From a virus (lineage: Duplodnaviria > Caudoviricetes): a stretch of 64,000 nt of DNA. The position numbers were made by a program, and so were the translations under genes. The stretch lies in the IMG/VR virus record IMGVR_UViG_3300029288_000113, positions 33,418 through 97,417 of that record; one strand, written 5' to 3'. Below, one piece after another: positions 1 to 7,565 of the stretch (position 1 is the stretch's first letter; every line of letters starts with the position of its first letter). The notes beneath the pieces were generated by a model. That model did no database searches. It saw nothing but the letters and a program-made list of their open reading frames with translations, and was not told the DNA's origin.

Positions 1-960
1 GTGACGGCCGGGTTCAATGTCTGTCCCCTGTGCCTGGACCTGGCTTCCAAGGGGCCATACACCATCGAGCAGGCAATGGGCATGATCCCGGCCCACCCTC
101 ATTGCAGATGTGCGTGGCGGCCCGAGCCCGTGGAAAATAAAGAAGTTAAATTACAGTTAGAGCCAATAGAAATTCCAGAGCCTATTCCTGAATGGGTGCC
201 AATATCGACTAAAGCTAAGGACATGGCTGTTGAGGCGCAAGATTACTTGATTTCTAAAGGTATGCCTTATGCTTCATTTAGGGATATTTCAGTAGATCAT
301 ATTCCAGCGATAGTTAACACTGTTGAAAAGCTTGCATCTGAATATGGTGTTGGCTTAGACAGGTTTTCTATTGGTACACAGGCAATGAGTAATCAAAGTC
401 AGTGGGCTGCAGTTAGAAACTTTCATATGAAGATTAGTGAGGAAAAGTATCTTAAGTTAAAAGCTACTGGTGTGCCAGGATTAGATAAGGGAGTGTCCAA
501 GGGGCAGACTACTTACTGGTGGTCACCGGAAGGCGTTTCGTCCATGAGCTTGTCGATTAGTAAGGGGGCAAGCAAGTATGGTTTTGCCTGGCCAGAACAG
601 AAGTTTTATGAAAAGTACATACAGGGGAATATGTATTTCACCGTCAATATTCCAAACGAGAATCCTGCCGCTCATATAGTTGAGCATGAGTTTGGCCATA
701 TCCTCAGGCGGGTATACAGTAAAGGTTTGCTATCTGAATGGGGGCAAGTTTATCAGAGCTTACCTCGGACTTGGTGGATGAGTAATGTTTCTGAATATGC
801 GGGAGCTAACCTTGAGGAAGGGTTTGCTGAGGCGTTTAGATTATGGAAGAATCAAGGGAAGGCTGCAGTAAAGTCTGGTAGTAAATGGAACATACAAGAA
901 TTTCCCGGCGAACTAAGAAATTTCTTTGAGAAATTTGATGCTGCTGTCAATAAGAGGTAA
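1..960 (+). CDS. MuF/SPP1 gp7-like head morphogenesis protein (5'-truncated) with C-terminal zincin metallopeptidase domain
   Basis: CPLC...IPAHPHCRC is the MuF C-terminal motif. It is followed by HEFGH (HExxH) and SEYA..N..EGFAEAF. Lies upstream of the head genes. Confidence 0.8.
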   Translation: MTAGFNVCPLCLDLASKGPYTIEQAMGMIPAHPHCRCAWRPEPVENKEVKLQLEPIEIPEPIPEWVPISTKAKDMAVEAQDYLISKGMPYASFRDISVDHIPAIVNTVEKLASEYGVGLDRFSIGTQAMSNQSQWAAVRNFHMKISEEKYLKLKATGVPGLDKGVSKGQTTYWWSPEGVSSMSLSISKGASKYGFAWPEQKFYEKYIQGNMYFTVNIPNENPAAHIVEHEFGHILRRVYSKGLLSEWGQVYQSLPRTWWMSNVSEYAGANLEEGFAEAFRLWKNQGKAAVKSGSKWNIQEFPGELRNFFEKFDAAVNKR

Positions 961-962
961 TT

Positions 963-1166
963 ATGTTACAAGTACCATTCTGTTATACCCGCCAATGTCG
1001 CCACTACCAAGGCGTCAAGTGGCTTGGAGAAGATGAGTCAACTGAAGACAACTATTGTGCGGCTTTCCCAGATGGAATTCCCCAGGAAATCGCCTACGGT
1101 TCTAATAAGCATAATCAGCCTTGTTGTGGTCAGGATAATGACTTAGTTTTTGAGGTTAAGCAATGA
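963..1166 (+). CDS. Small Cys-rich protein following MuF-toxin (putative inhibitor/immunity partner)
   Basis: C..C.H...CAAFPDGIP.EI..G...H..P motif; starts 2 nt after the MuF stop. Confidence 0.6.
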   Translation: MLQVPFCYTRQCRHYQGVKWLGEDESTEDNYCAAFPDGIPQEIAYGSNKHNQPCCGQDNDLVFEVKQ

Positions 1167-1348
1167 CCACTTCCGGGCTCACCGAACAGGAGGTCCTGCT
1201 TTTGGCCCATCACCGTGATATGGTGGGCAAAAATGCCTATGGTGAACTCCAGGCCCGTTACAAGGCCGGTCGCCTGGTGGAGGTCAGTTACCGGGAGGTC
1301 ATTCTGGTGCCCAATGATGGCAATAACGGGAGGTTCTCGGACAGATGA
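1163..1348 (+). CDS. Hypothetical protein
   Basis: ATGA overlap with the upstream gene; GAGG RBS. Confidence 0.5.
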   Translation: MTTSGLTEQEVLLLAHHRDMVGKNAYGELQARYKAGRLVEVSYREVILVPNDGNNGRFSDR

Positions 1349-1518
1349 AACAGGTCAGGTTCCACGTTTTGGACAGAACCGGGTTCGCCGCTAATTCCAA
1401 TCCCTGCCACAACCCTGCCGGCCCAGGCGGGGGCCAGTTTTGTGGCGTGGCCAGTCCACATTGGCCAGGGACCGCCAAGAACCCAAGGCCAGGTTTTTTA
1501 AGATATCCGATCAATTGA
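1345..1518 (+). CDS. Small hypothetical protein (57 aa, MKQVRF...NPCHNPAGPGGGQFC...)
   Basis: Read by hand, below the ORF-track cutoff. ATGA overlap with 1163-1348 and GGGAGG RBS. Confidence 0.5.
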   Translation: MKQVRFHVLDRTGFAANSNPCHNPAGPGGGQFCGVASPHWPGTAKNPRPGFLRYPIN

Positions 1519-1528
1519 GAGGAAAGAG

Positions 1529-1867
1529 ATGAAAATCCTGATCAAGGCAAGGTATTGGTTGTTGGTCATCTGGCTGTCCACCAAATGGATGTTCAGGATC
1601 AACCTGGGGGACAAGGTCTGGTGGTCTGGTTGGAAACTGATGCGGTTCACGGTCCTGAATGGGGTCAGGCCAGGCTCGTGGCGACTGGCTGAGCTGATGG
1701 ACGACAACGATGGCTGGGTGTCCCGCAATGAGTGCCGCAAGTCCTGGACCCTGCCCAATATGCTCAGGTCGTTTCGATCCGGCTACAGGTTCTACATGAT
1801 CAATTGGTATGACATTTGGGTCAACGAGGGCATAACGGCCTGGATGAGGCGATGCCGCATCTGGTAG
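1529..1867 (+). CDS. Hypothetical Trp-rich protein
   Basis: ORF with GAGGA RBS, in the co-oriented gene run. Confidence 0.55.
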   Translation: MKILIKARYWLLVIWLSTKWMFRINLGDKVWWSGWKLMRFTVLNGVRPGSWRLAELMDDNDGWVSRNECRKSWTLPNMLRSFRSGYRFYMINWYDIWVNEGITAWMRRCRIW

Positions 1868-1875
1868 ACATTTTT

Positions 1876-1985
1876 CATTAGGGTTTTGGCCCCTGAATAT
1901 TTATAATTAATCCTGACTGAAGTTTAGTGGCATTGGCCACGGGAGAAACCCGGGCCGGCGACCAGAAGATGGCGCCGGCCTTTTT
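1876..1985 (+). promoter_or_regulatory. Late promoter plus leader hairpin/terminator (copy 1)
   Basis: CATTAGGGTTTTGG..CTGAATATTTATAATTAATCC, then TGGCCACGGGAGAAACCCGGGCCGG...CCGGCC-TTTTT. Near-identical copy at 26941-27044. Confidence 0.7.
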
Positions 1986-2004
1986 GTTTGGAGAGGAATT
2001 GCAA

Positions 2005-4029
2005 ATGCCCTGGACGGTAGATGATGTTGAGCGCCACAATCAAGGCCTGAGTGACGAGCAGAAACGTCAGTGGGTGGCCGTGGCCAACTCGGCCCGCAAG
2101 AAATGCATGGACGAGGGTGGCGAATCTGCCCAGTGCGATGCATCGGCCATCAGGCAGGCCAATGGTGTGGTCAAGTCCAACCAGATGGAGTCATACCGCA
2201 GGCTTGCCCCGAACTATACAGTCCGCGAGGAACTGCTCCAGGGCCGCACCCACCTGGTCGTCCCCGTGGTGATGATGACCCAGGGCGTCCATGCCGGCTC
2301 CCACGGCCCGATCCTCCACCTGAGTGATGAGCTGGGGAGATTCCCGGCCGCCTGGGACGGCATACCCGTCTGCATCGGTCACCCCAAGGACGGTGATTTC
2401 AACATATCGGCCAACCAACCCAGGGTGCTCGATGAGTGGATGGTGGGCCGTGTGTTCAACACCCACATGGACGGCCAGAAGCTGCGGGCCGAGGCCTGGC
2501 TGGACAAGGACCTGCTCGGCAGCATGTCGCCCCAGGCCATGGCCCATATCTCCAAGGGCCTGCCCATCGATGTAAGCGTCGGTGTGTTCACCGAGGACGA
2601 GATGTCGTCCGGTGACCACCTGGGCGAGCACTACGAGGCCGTGGCCCGCAACCACCGGCCGGACCACCTGGCCCTGCTGCCTGGTGCCACCGGGGCCTGT
2701 TCCTGGGCCGATGGCTGTGGGGTCCGGGCCAACCAAAAGGAACTTGCCATGTCGAAGAAAAATATTCAAGTCAATGTTGGCCGCCTGAAATATGACGGCA
2801 CCGAATCCACGGCCTGGAATGCCCCATCCCTGCAGGACTTTGGCATGGGCAGTGACTGGGCCGGCATGGGCCAGCCCGACCGGGCCAAGATTGCCGCCCA
2901 TTTCCTGATTGGCACCGGCCAGTCCGAGTCCTTCAGTGACCTCAAGCTGCCAGTGGTCAACCCCAAGTCTGGGAAGCTGAATGAGCATGCCCTCCGGGCC
3001 TGCATATCCGGTCGGGGTGCCCAGGTGTCCGCCAGCCCCAGGGAGAAGATGGCGGCCAGGCGCATGGCCTACGGTCTCCTGAACAAGGAGTTCGGTGCTG
3101 ACCTGGCCATCCCCGACACCCTGGAATTGGAGGGGCAGCTGACCGAGGTGCTTGTCCAGGAGCTGGCCAAGGAAGGCATACTGCTTGAGGTCAATGAATT
3201 GAGCCATCAGGACATCTCAGGTCAGATCCAGGCCAAGCTCGACCGCATGGATGATGACACCAAGTTCCACTTCCTGAAGGATGTGTTCAACGACCATTTC
3301 ATCTACCGGGTTGAGCCCAGGGGAAATTCGAACCAGATTTCCGCGGGCCCGGACGGCAGCAGCAACCTGTTCAAGCGCGACTACACGGCGGCCGCAGACG
3401 GCACCGTTGAGTTCACCGGGGAGGCAATCCCGGTCATAAAGAGGGTCAGTTATGACCCAATCCAAAGAGGAGGCGTGCAAAACATGAGCAAGCCCTGTTG
3501 CAAGGAAAAGGTCGAGATGCTGATCCAGACCGGTCTTTATACCGAAAGCGACCGTGATCGGCTCCTGGCCATGGAGGAGGCTGACATTGACATCCTGTCC
3601 GCCTCTGCGGAGCGGGCCCAGGCCCAGGTGAATGAGCAGAAGACCAAGGTCGAGACCCTGCAGGCCAACGCGGCCGCCCAGGGCCAGACCCGGGATCAGG
3701 CCATCCAGACCCTCAAGGATGACCTGAAGGACAAGGACAAGTTCCTGGCCTTGGCGCCCCCGGAGATTCAGGCCACCCTCAAGCACGGCCTGAACCTGTA
3801 TGAGGCCGAGAAGACCAGGAAGATCAGTCACATCCTGGCCAACACTGTCGAGGGGGTGTACACCAAGGAGGGGCTGGAGGCCATGGATTCCTCGGCCCTG
3901 GATGCCCTGGCCCGTGCCATCAAGGCCCCCGATGACTATTCCGGCCTCGCCCCGACCAATCCCGTATCCCAGGTCGGGCCCACCGGGTACGAAGACAATG
4001 CCGTATATCCGCCCGAGGTCCAGGGCTAA
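2005..4029 (+). CDS. Prohead protease/scaffold (DUF2213-like) with N-terminal ChaB-like domain
   Basis: MPWT..LS..QKRQW..VANS N-terminus; VSVG and PDHLALLP..GACSW.DGCG protease-like motifs; helical C-terminal scaffold. Precedes the capsid genes. GAGAGG RBS before ATG 2005. Confidence 0.75.
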   Translation: MPWTVDDVERHNQGLSDEQKRQWVAVANSARKKCMDEGGESAQCDASAIRQANGVVKSNQMESYRRLAPNYTVREELLQGRTHLVVPVVMMTQGVHAGSHGPILHLSDELGRFPAAWDGIPVCIGHPKDGDFNISANQPRVLDEWMVGRVFNTHMDGQKLRAEAWLDKDLLGSMSPQAMAHISKGLPIDVSVGVFTEDEMSSGDHLGEHYEAVARNHRPDHLALLPGATGACSWADGCGVRANQKELAMSKKNIQVNVGRLKYDGTESTAWNAPSLQDFGMGSDWAGMGQPDRAKIAAHFLIGTGQSESFSDLKLPVVNPKSGKLNEHALRACISGRGAQVSASPREKMAARRMAYGLLNKEFGADLAIPDTLELEGQLTEVLVQELAKEGILLEVNELSHQDISGQIQAKLDRMDDDTKFHFLKDVFNDHFIYRVEPRGNSNQISAGPDGSSNLFKRDYTAAADGTVEFTGEAIPVIKRVSYDPIQRGGVQNMSKPCCKEKVEMLIQTGLYTESDRDRLLAMEEADIDILSASAERAQAQVNEQKTKVETLQANAAAQGQTRDQAIQTLKDDLKDKDKFLALAPPEIQATLKHGLNLYEAEKTRKISHILANTVEGVYTKEGLEAMDSSALDALARAIKAPDDYSGLAPTNPVSQVGPTGYEDNAVYPPEVQG

Positions 4030-4066
4030 GGCCTGGGGCCATCAAGGCTAGAGGAGGGAACGAACC

Positions 4067-4525
4067 ATGGCCAGCACCATCATTCTGAAGGGGGAGAACC
4101 CCACTCTCGAGGAACTGGAGGCGAATGCCGCCATCACCCCGGGCATGCTCATTGAGATCATGAGCACGAACAAGGTCCGGGCGCATGCAGAGGACGACGG
4201 CTTTGCCGTGCCCCTGTTTGCCCTGGAGGACGAGCTGCAGGGCAAGGGTATTTCCGAGGCCTATGCCGCGGGCGACCAGGTGCCCTGTTGGAGGCCCAAG
4301 CCGGGCGACCAGGTGAACGCCCTGTTGGCGGACGGTGAGAATGTCGCCATCGGGGACAAGCTGAGCTCGAACGGCGATGGCTACCTGCGCAAGTATGCCA
4401 GCCCCCAATCCGTCATTGAGGAAACCGGTGCCATTGTGGGCATCGCCCGTGAGGCGATTGACCGCAGTTCCAGCTCCGGTGGGGACACCAACACCACGGG
4501 CCGCATCGCGGTCGAGATCGTCTAA
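4067..4525 (+). CDS. Capsid decoration/cement protein
   Basis: Lies between scaffold and major capsid; AITPGMLIE...IGDKLSSNGDG.L pattern; strong RBS. Confidence 0.7.
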   Translation: MASTIILKGENPTLEELEANAAITPGMLIEIMSTNKVRAHAEDDGFAVPLFALEDELQGKGISEAYAAGDQVPCWRPKPGDQVNALLADGENVAIGDKLSSNGDGYLRKYASPQSVIEETGAIVGIAREAIDRSSSSGGDTNTTGRIAVEIV

Positions 4526-4558
4526 ATCCAGCCCCACGGGGAAGGGAGGAATTGAGAA

Positions 4559-5668
4559 ATGAAAGTCAACATTGATTATTTTGGCCCCCAGGGGGCTGTT
4601 CAGGGCCCGCTGGCATCCTACATTGCCGAGCAGGGCCGGATCAACCCGGCCTTCATGCGGCCCATCCTGGGGCCTGACGGGCACACGTACTTCACCGTCT
4701 ACCAGGGCGGGGACCGCACCAAGAAGGAGTCGTACCGGACCTTCCGGCGCGATGAGCTCCAGGCACTGGGCATCGCCACCTACGGTACCCTGCGTCGGGA
4801 TGAGTGGAAGCAGTTGGATGCCGCCATCCTCCAGGCCGCCCATATCCGCCTGGGAGGCATCGACGACCTGATCAGTGCCAATCTGACCTACAACCTGACC
4901 AACGCCATGGGCACCACTGTCCTGGAACACCACACCATCAACGAATCCATGAACGCCGAAGTCAGCATGGACCCCTCGGTGCGCTCCCGGAAGGATCGGC
5001 CGAACTACAACACCGTGTACACCCCGATCCCGGTGATCCATGCGGACTTCTCCATCAGCTCCCGTTCCCTGGAAGCCAGCCGCAGGCTGGGCAATCCCCT
5101 GGACGTCGACATGGTCCAGGAGGCCACCCGGGTGGTCATGGAGAAGCGCGAGCAGATGCTGTTCAACAACAATGAGACCCCGTTCCAGTTCGGCGGCGGC
5201 TACATCTACAGCTACCTCGACCATGCCAACCGCAACCAGTACTCGCTGACCGGCGCCTGGACCGGCCTCACCGGCGCCCAGATTCTGGCCGATGTCCAGG
5301 GCATGATCCAGGCCAGCGTCACCGACCGGCACTATGGCCCCTGGAAGCTGTACATCCCCACGGGCTACCAGACCGTGATCGGCAACGACTACCAGACCGG
5401 TTACCCCAAGAGCATCCGTGAGCGCCTGCTCGAGCTCGAGGGGCTGCAGGGCATCAAGGTCATCGACACCCTGCCGGCCAATAACGTGGCCCTGGTGGAG
5501 ATGCTGCCCACCACCGTCCGCCTCATTAATGGTATGGGCATCCAGGTGGTCCAGTGGCAGGTGGGCTCCAGCCTGAGCCCCACTGAGTACAAGGTCCTCT
5601 GTATCCAGGTCCCGCAGATTCGGTCCGACCAGAACGGCCGCTGCGGCGTGGTCCACGGCTCCGTGTAA
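4559..5668 (+). CDS. Major capsid protein (HK97 fold, linocin/encapsulin-like family)
   Basis: 369 aa; TLRRDEWKQLD, P.PVIH.DF.I..R.LEASR and YGPW.LY motifs; GGGAGG RBS; gene position. Confidence 0.85.
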   Translation: MKVNIDYFGPQGAVQGPLASYIAEQGRINPAFMRPILGPDGHTYFTVYQGGDRTKKESYRTFRRDELQALGIATYGTLRRDEWKQLDAAILQAAHIRLGGIDDLISANLTYNLTNAMGTTVLEHHTINESMNAEVSMDPSVRSRKDRPNYNTVYTPIPVIHADFSISSRSLEASRRLGNPLDVDMVQEATRVVMEKREQMLFNNNETPFQFGGGYIYSYLDHANRNQYSLTGAWTGLTGAQILADVQGMIQASVTDRHYGPWKLYIPTGYQTVIGNDYQTGYPKSIRERLLELEGLQGIKVIDTLPANNVALVEMLPTTVRLINGMGIQVVQWQVGSSLSPTEYKVLCIQVPQIRSDQNGRCGVVHGSV

Positions 5669-5735
5669 GGGCCGGTTCATCAGCAATCTCCCGGTTGATG
5701 GCTAACCAGGCCGAGCCGGACATATATTTGGAGGT

Positions 5736-6095
5736 ATGATCATGCCGTCTAATCAGGACAAGCCCATGCAGTGGAAGAACATCTCAGGGACGTTCAATCT
5801 TCGCCGCCCCGATGGTGAGATCGAGGTGATCCAGCCAGGCAGTGTGTTCACCGCCACGCAGTCACAGGTGCCCAGGGCATTCCGGGACACCATCAGGCCG
5901 GTCGATCCGACCGATCTTGAGGAACAACCCGCCCCGGCCCCTACCGCCATCATGGATAACCAGTTCAAGATCGTGCCCCGGCCCAGGGGCGGGTTCAACG
6001 TGGTCAATTCCATCGGCAAGGCCATAAACGAGAGATCGCTGACCGAGGCCGAGGCCGATGTGCTCCTCAATGGCCTCAGGAGTGTCCATGGATGA
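5736..6095 (+). CDS. Hypothetical head-associated protein
   Basis: Directly after the major capsid gene; GGAGG RBS. Confidence 0.6.
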   Translation: MIMPSNQDKPMQWKNISGTFNLRRPDGEIEVIQPGSVFTATQSQVPRAFRDTIRPVDPTDLEEQPAPAPTAIMDNQFKIVPRPRGGFNVVNSIGKAINERSLTEAEADVLLNGLRSVHG

Positions 6096-6541
6096 CAAAT
6101 TCCCTGGAAATGTTCGGTCAGCACCTGATCGCTGACGGGTATGGTGCCCCGGCTCATCTGCTTTCCGACATCGACCTAGTCCACAGGTTCCTTGATGAGA
6201 CCCCTGACCTGATAGGCATGACCAAGGTGATGCCTCCCTATGCATTCAGGTACAGGGGCAAGGTGCCTGAAGATTGGGGCATTTCAGGGTTTGTGATCAT
6301 AGCCGAGAGCCACATCGCCATCCACACGTTCCCCGACCGGGGATTCCTCAGCCTCGACATCTTCTCCTGCCGGGGCTTCGATGCCATCCTGGCACTGGCC
6401 TTTTGCAGGAGGCAGTTTGGGGTCTTTCGTATTGACCACAGGATCATAGACCGCGGCCTGGAGTTTCCCAGGGACCGTGGGATCGTCACCGGGATAATCA
6501 CCTCCCAAAGACAAGGAATCATGGGGGGCATCAATAAATGA
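6092..6541 (+). CDS. speD: S-adenosylmethionine decarboxylase proenzyme (class 1B, pyruvoyl-dependent)
   Basis: FGQHLIADGY, GISGFVIIAESHIAIHTFP (E-S autocleavage site) and DIFSC. Confidence 0.9.
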   Translation: MTNSLEMFGQHLIADGYGAPAHLLSDIDLVHRFLDETPDLIGMTKVMPPYAFRYRGKVPEDWGISGFVIIAESHIAIHTFPDRGFLSLDIFSCRGFDAILALAFCRRQFGVFRIDHRIIDRGLEFPRDRGIVTGIITSQRQGIMGGINK

Positions 6542-6873
6542 CCGAACAAAACAGGGACCTGTCGGATCGCACCTGGAGCATTCAGGGCAAGATTTTGGCA
6601 GCCATGGGGGCATTGATCATTATCTCGTTGGGTGCCAATGGCAGCATGCTGCTGATGGGCATCAATAACCTCCAGAACCAGATGTCGACATCTGACAAGT
6701 CCATATTGGACAAGATCAATTCGGACAATGCGGACGTCAAGGCCAGGCTGGGGGAGATATGCCAGCAGAATGCCGAGACCAACAAGATGATGATGAGGCA
6801 CGCCGAGAAATTGGCCGTACTTGAGACCAATCAGAATGCCAGGCTTGAAAAGGAGAGGCGGGGGTTCAGGTGA
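6538..6873 (+). CDS. Single-TM coiled-coil membrane protein
   Basis: Hydrophobic ILAAMGALIIISLG segment followed by a heptad-like region. Confidence 0.55.
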   Translation: MTEQNRDLSDRTWSIQGKILAAMGALIIISLGANGSMLLMGINNLQNQMSTSDKSILDKINSDNADVKARLGEICQQNAETNKMMMRHAEKLAVLETNQNARLEKERRGFR

Positions 6874-7565
6874 GCAAGACGTGGGTTGCACCGCGCATGT
6901 GGGATGGGGGCCGATGCATCGTGATCGCCGGTGGGCCGTCACTGGTGACACAGTTCGGCATCCCGGATGATGTGGTGGCCACGGTCCGTTCGGGCCAGGC
7001 GCCATTGTCCACCTATTCACCGTTCATGTCCGCCATTCATGATGAGCACGTCATTGCGGTCAATAATTCATACCTGCTTGGTGATTGGCCTGACATCTGC
7101 TTTTTTGGTGACCATGGATGGTGGCGGGTCCACAGGCAGGCCCTGATCGAATGGCCGGGTCTGAAGGTCACCAATTGCCCGGGCCTGTCCGATCCGGCTG
7201 TCGCCCGGGCATCCAACGTCAGATATTTGGCCAGGGACCGAAACCGCAAGCTAGGCCTGAGCCCAGACCCGGGCAAGCTGTCATGGAACTTCAATTCCGG
7301 CAGTTCGGCCATAGACCTGGCTGTCCATTTGGGCTCGAGCAAGGTTATCCTTTTGGGCTTCGACATGAGGTATGGCAATGGGGGCGAATCGCATTGGCAC
7401 CCCGGGCACGGCCATGACAAGAAGCCCAATTATGCCAGATTCATGCAGGGGTTCCCTGTCATTGCCAATGATGCCCAGAGACTCGGTGTCGAGATAATCA
7501 ATTGTTCACCCGGAACGGCCCTGGTCGATTTCCCGGTCATGAACCTTTCGGAGGCATTGTCATGA
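6870..7565 (+). CDS. Maf/DUF115 (MptE-like, sialyltransferase-fold) putative glycosyltransferase
   Basis: VIAGGPSL, VIAVNNS, FFGD, NSG..AI.LA.HLG..KVILLGFDM and IINCS motifs. Confidence 0.65.
   Translation: MSKTWVAPRMWDGGRCIVIAGGPSLVTQFGIPDDVVATVRSGQAPLSTYSPFMSAIHDEHVIAVNNSYLLGDWPDICFFGDHGWWRVHRQALIEWPGLKVTNCPGLSDPAVARASNVRYLARDRNRKLGLSPDPGKLSWNFNSGSSAIDLAVHLGSSKVILLGFDMRYGNGGESHWHPGHGHDKKPNYARFMQGFPVIANDAQRLGVEIINCSPGTALVDFPVMNLSEALS

Noticed and set aside
1927-2004. ORF-track N-terminal extension of the prohead protease
   Set aside because: It overlaps the conserved leader/terminator, and the RBS supports ATG 2005.
3920-5686. 588-aa minus-strand ORF, and similar antisense ORFs at 2191-3207, 42173-43066, 49309-50223 and 56430-57314
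   Set aside because: Antisense shadows of GC3-biased real genes; no motifs and no RBS logic.
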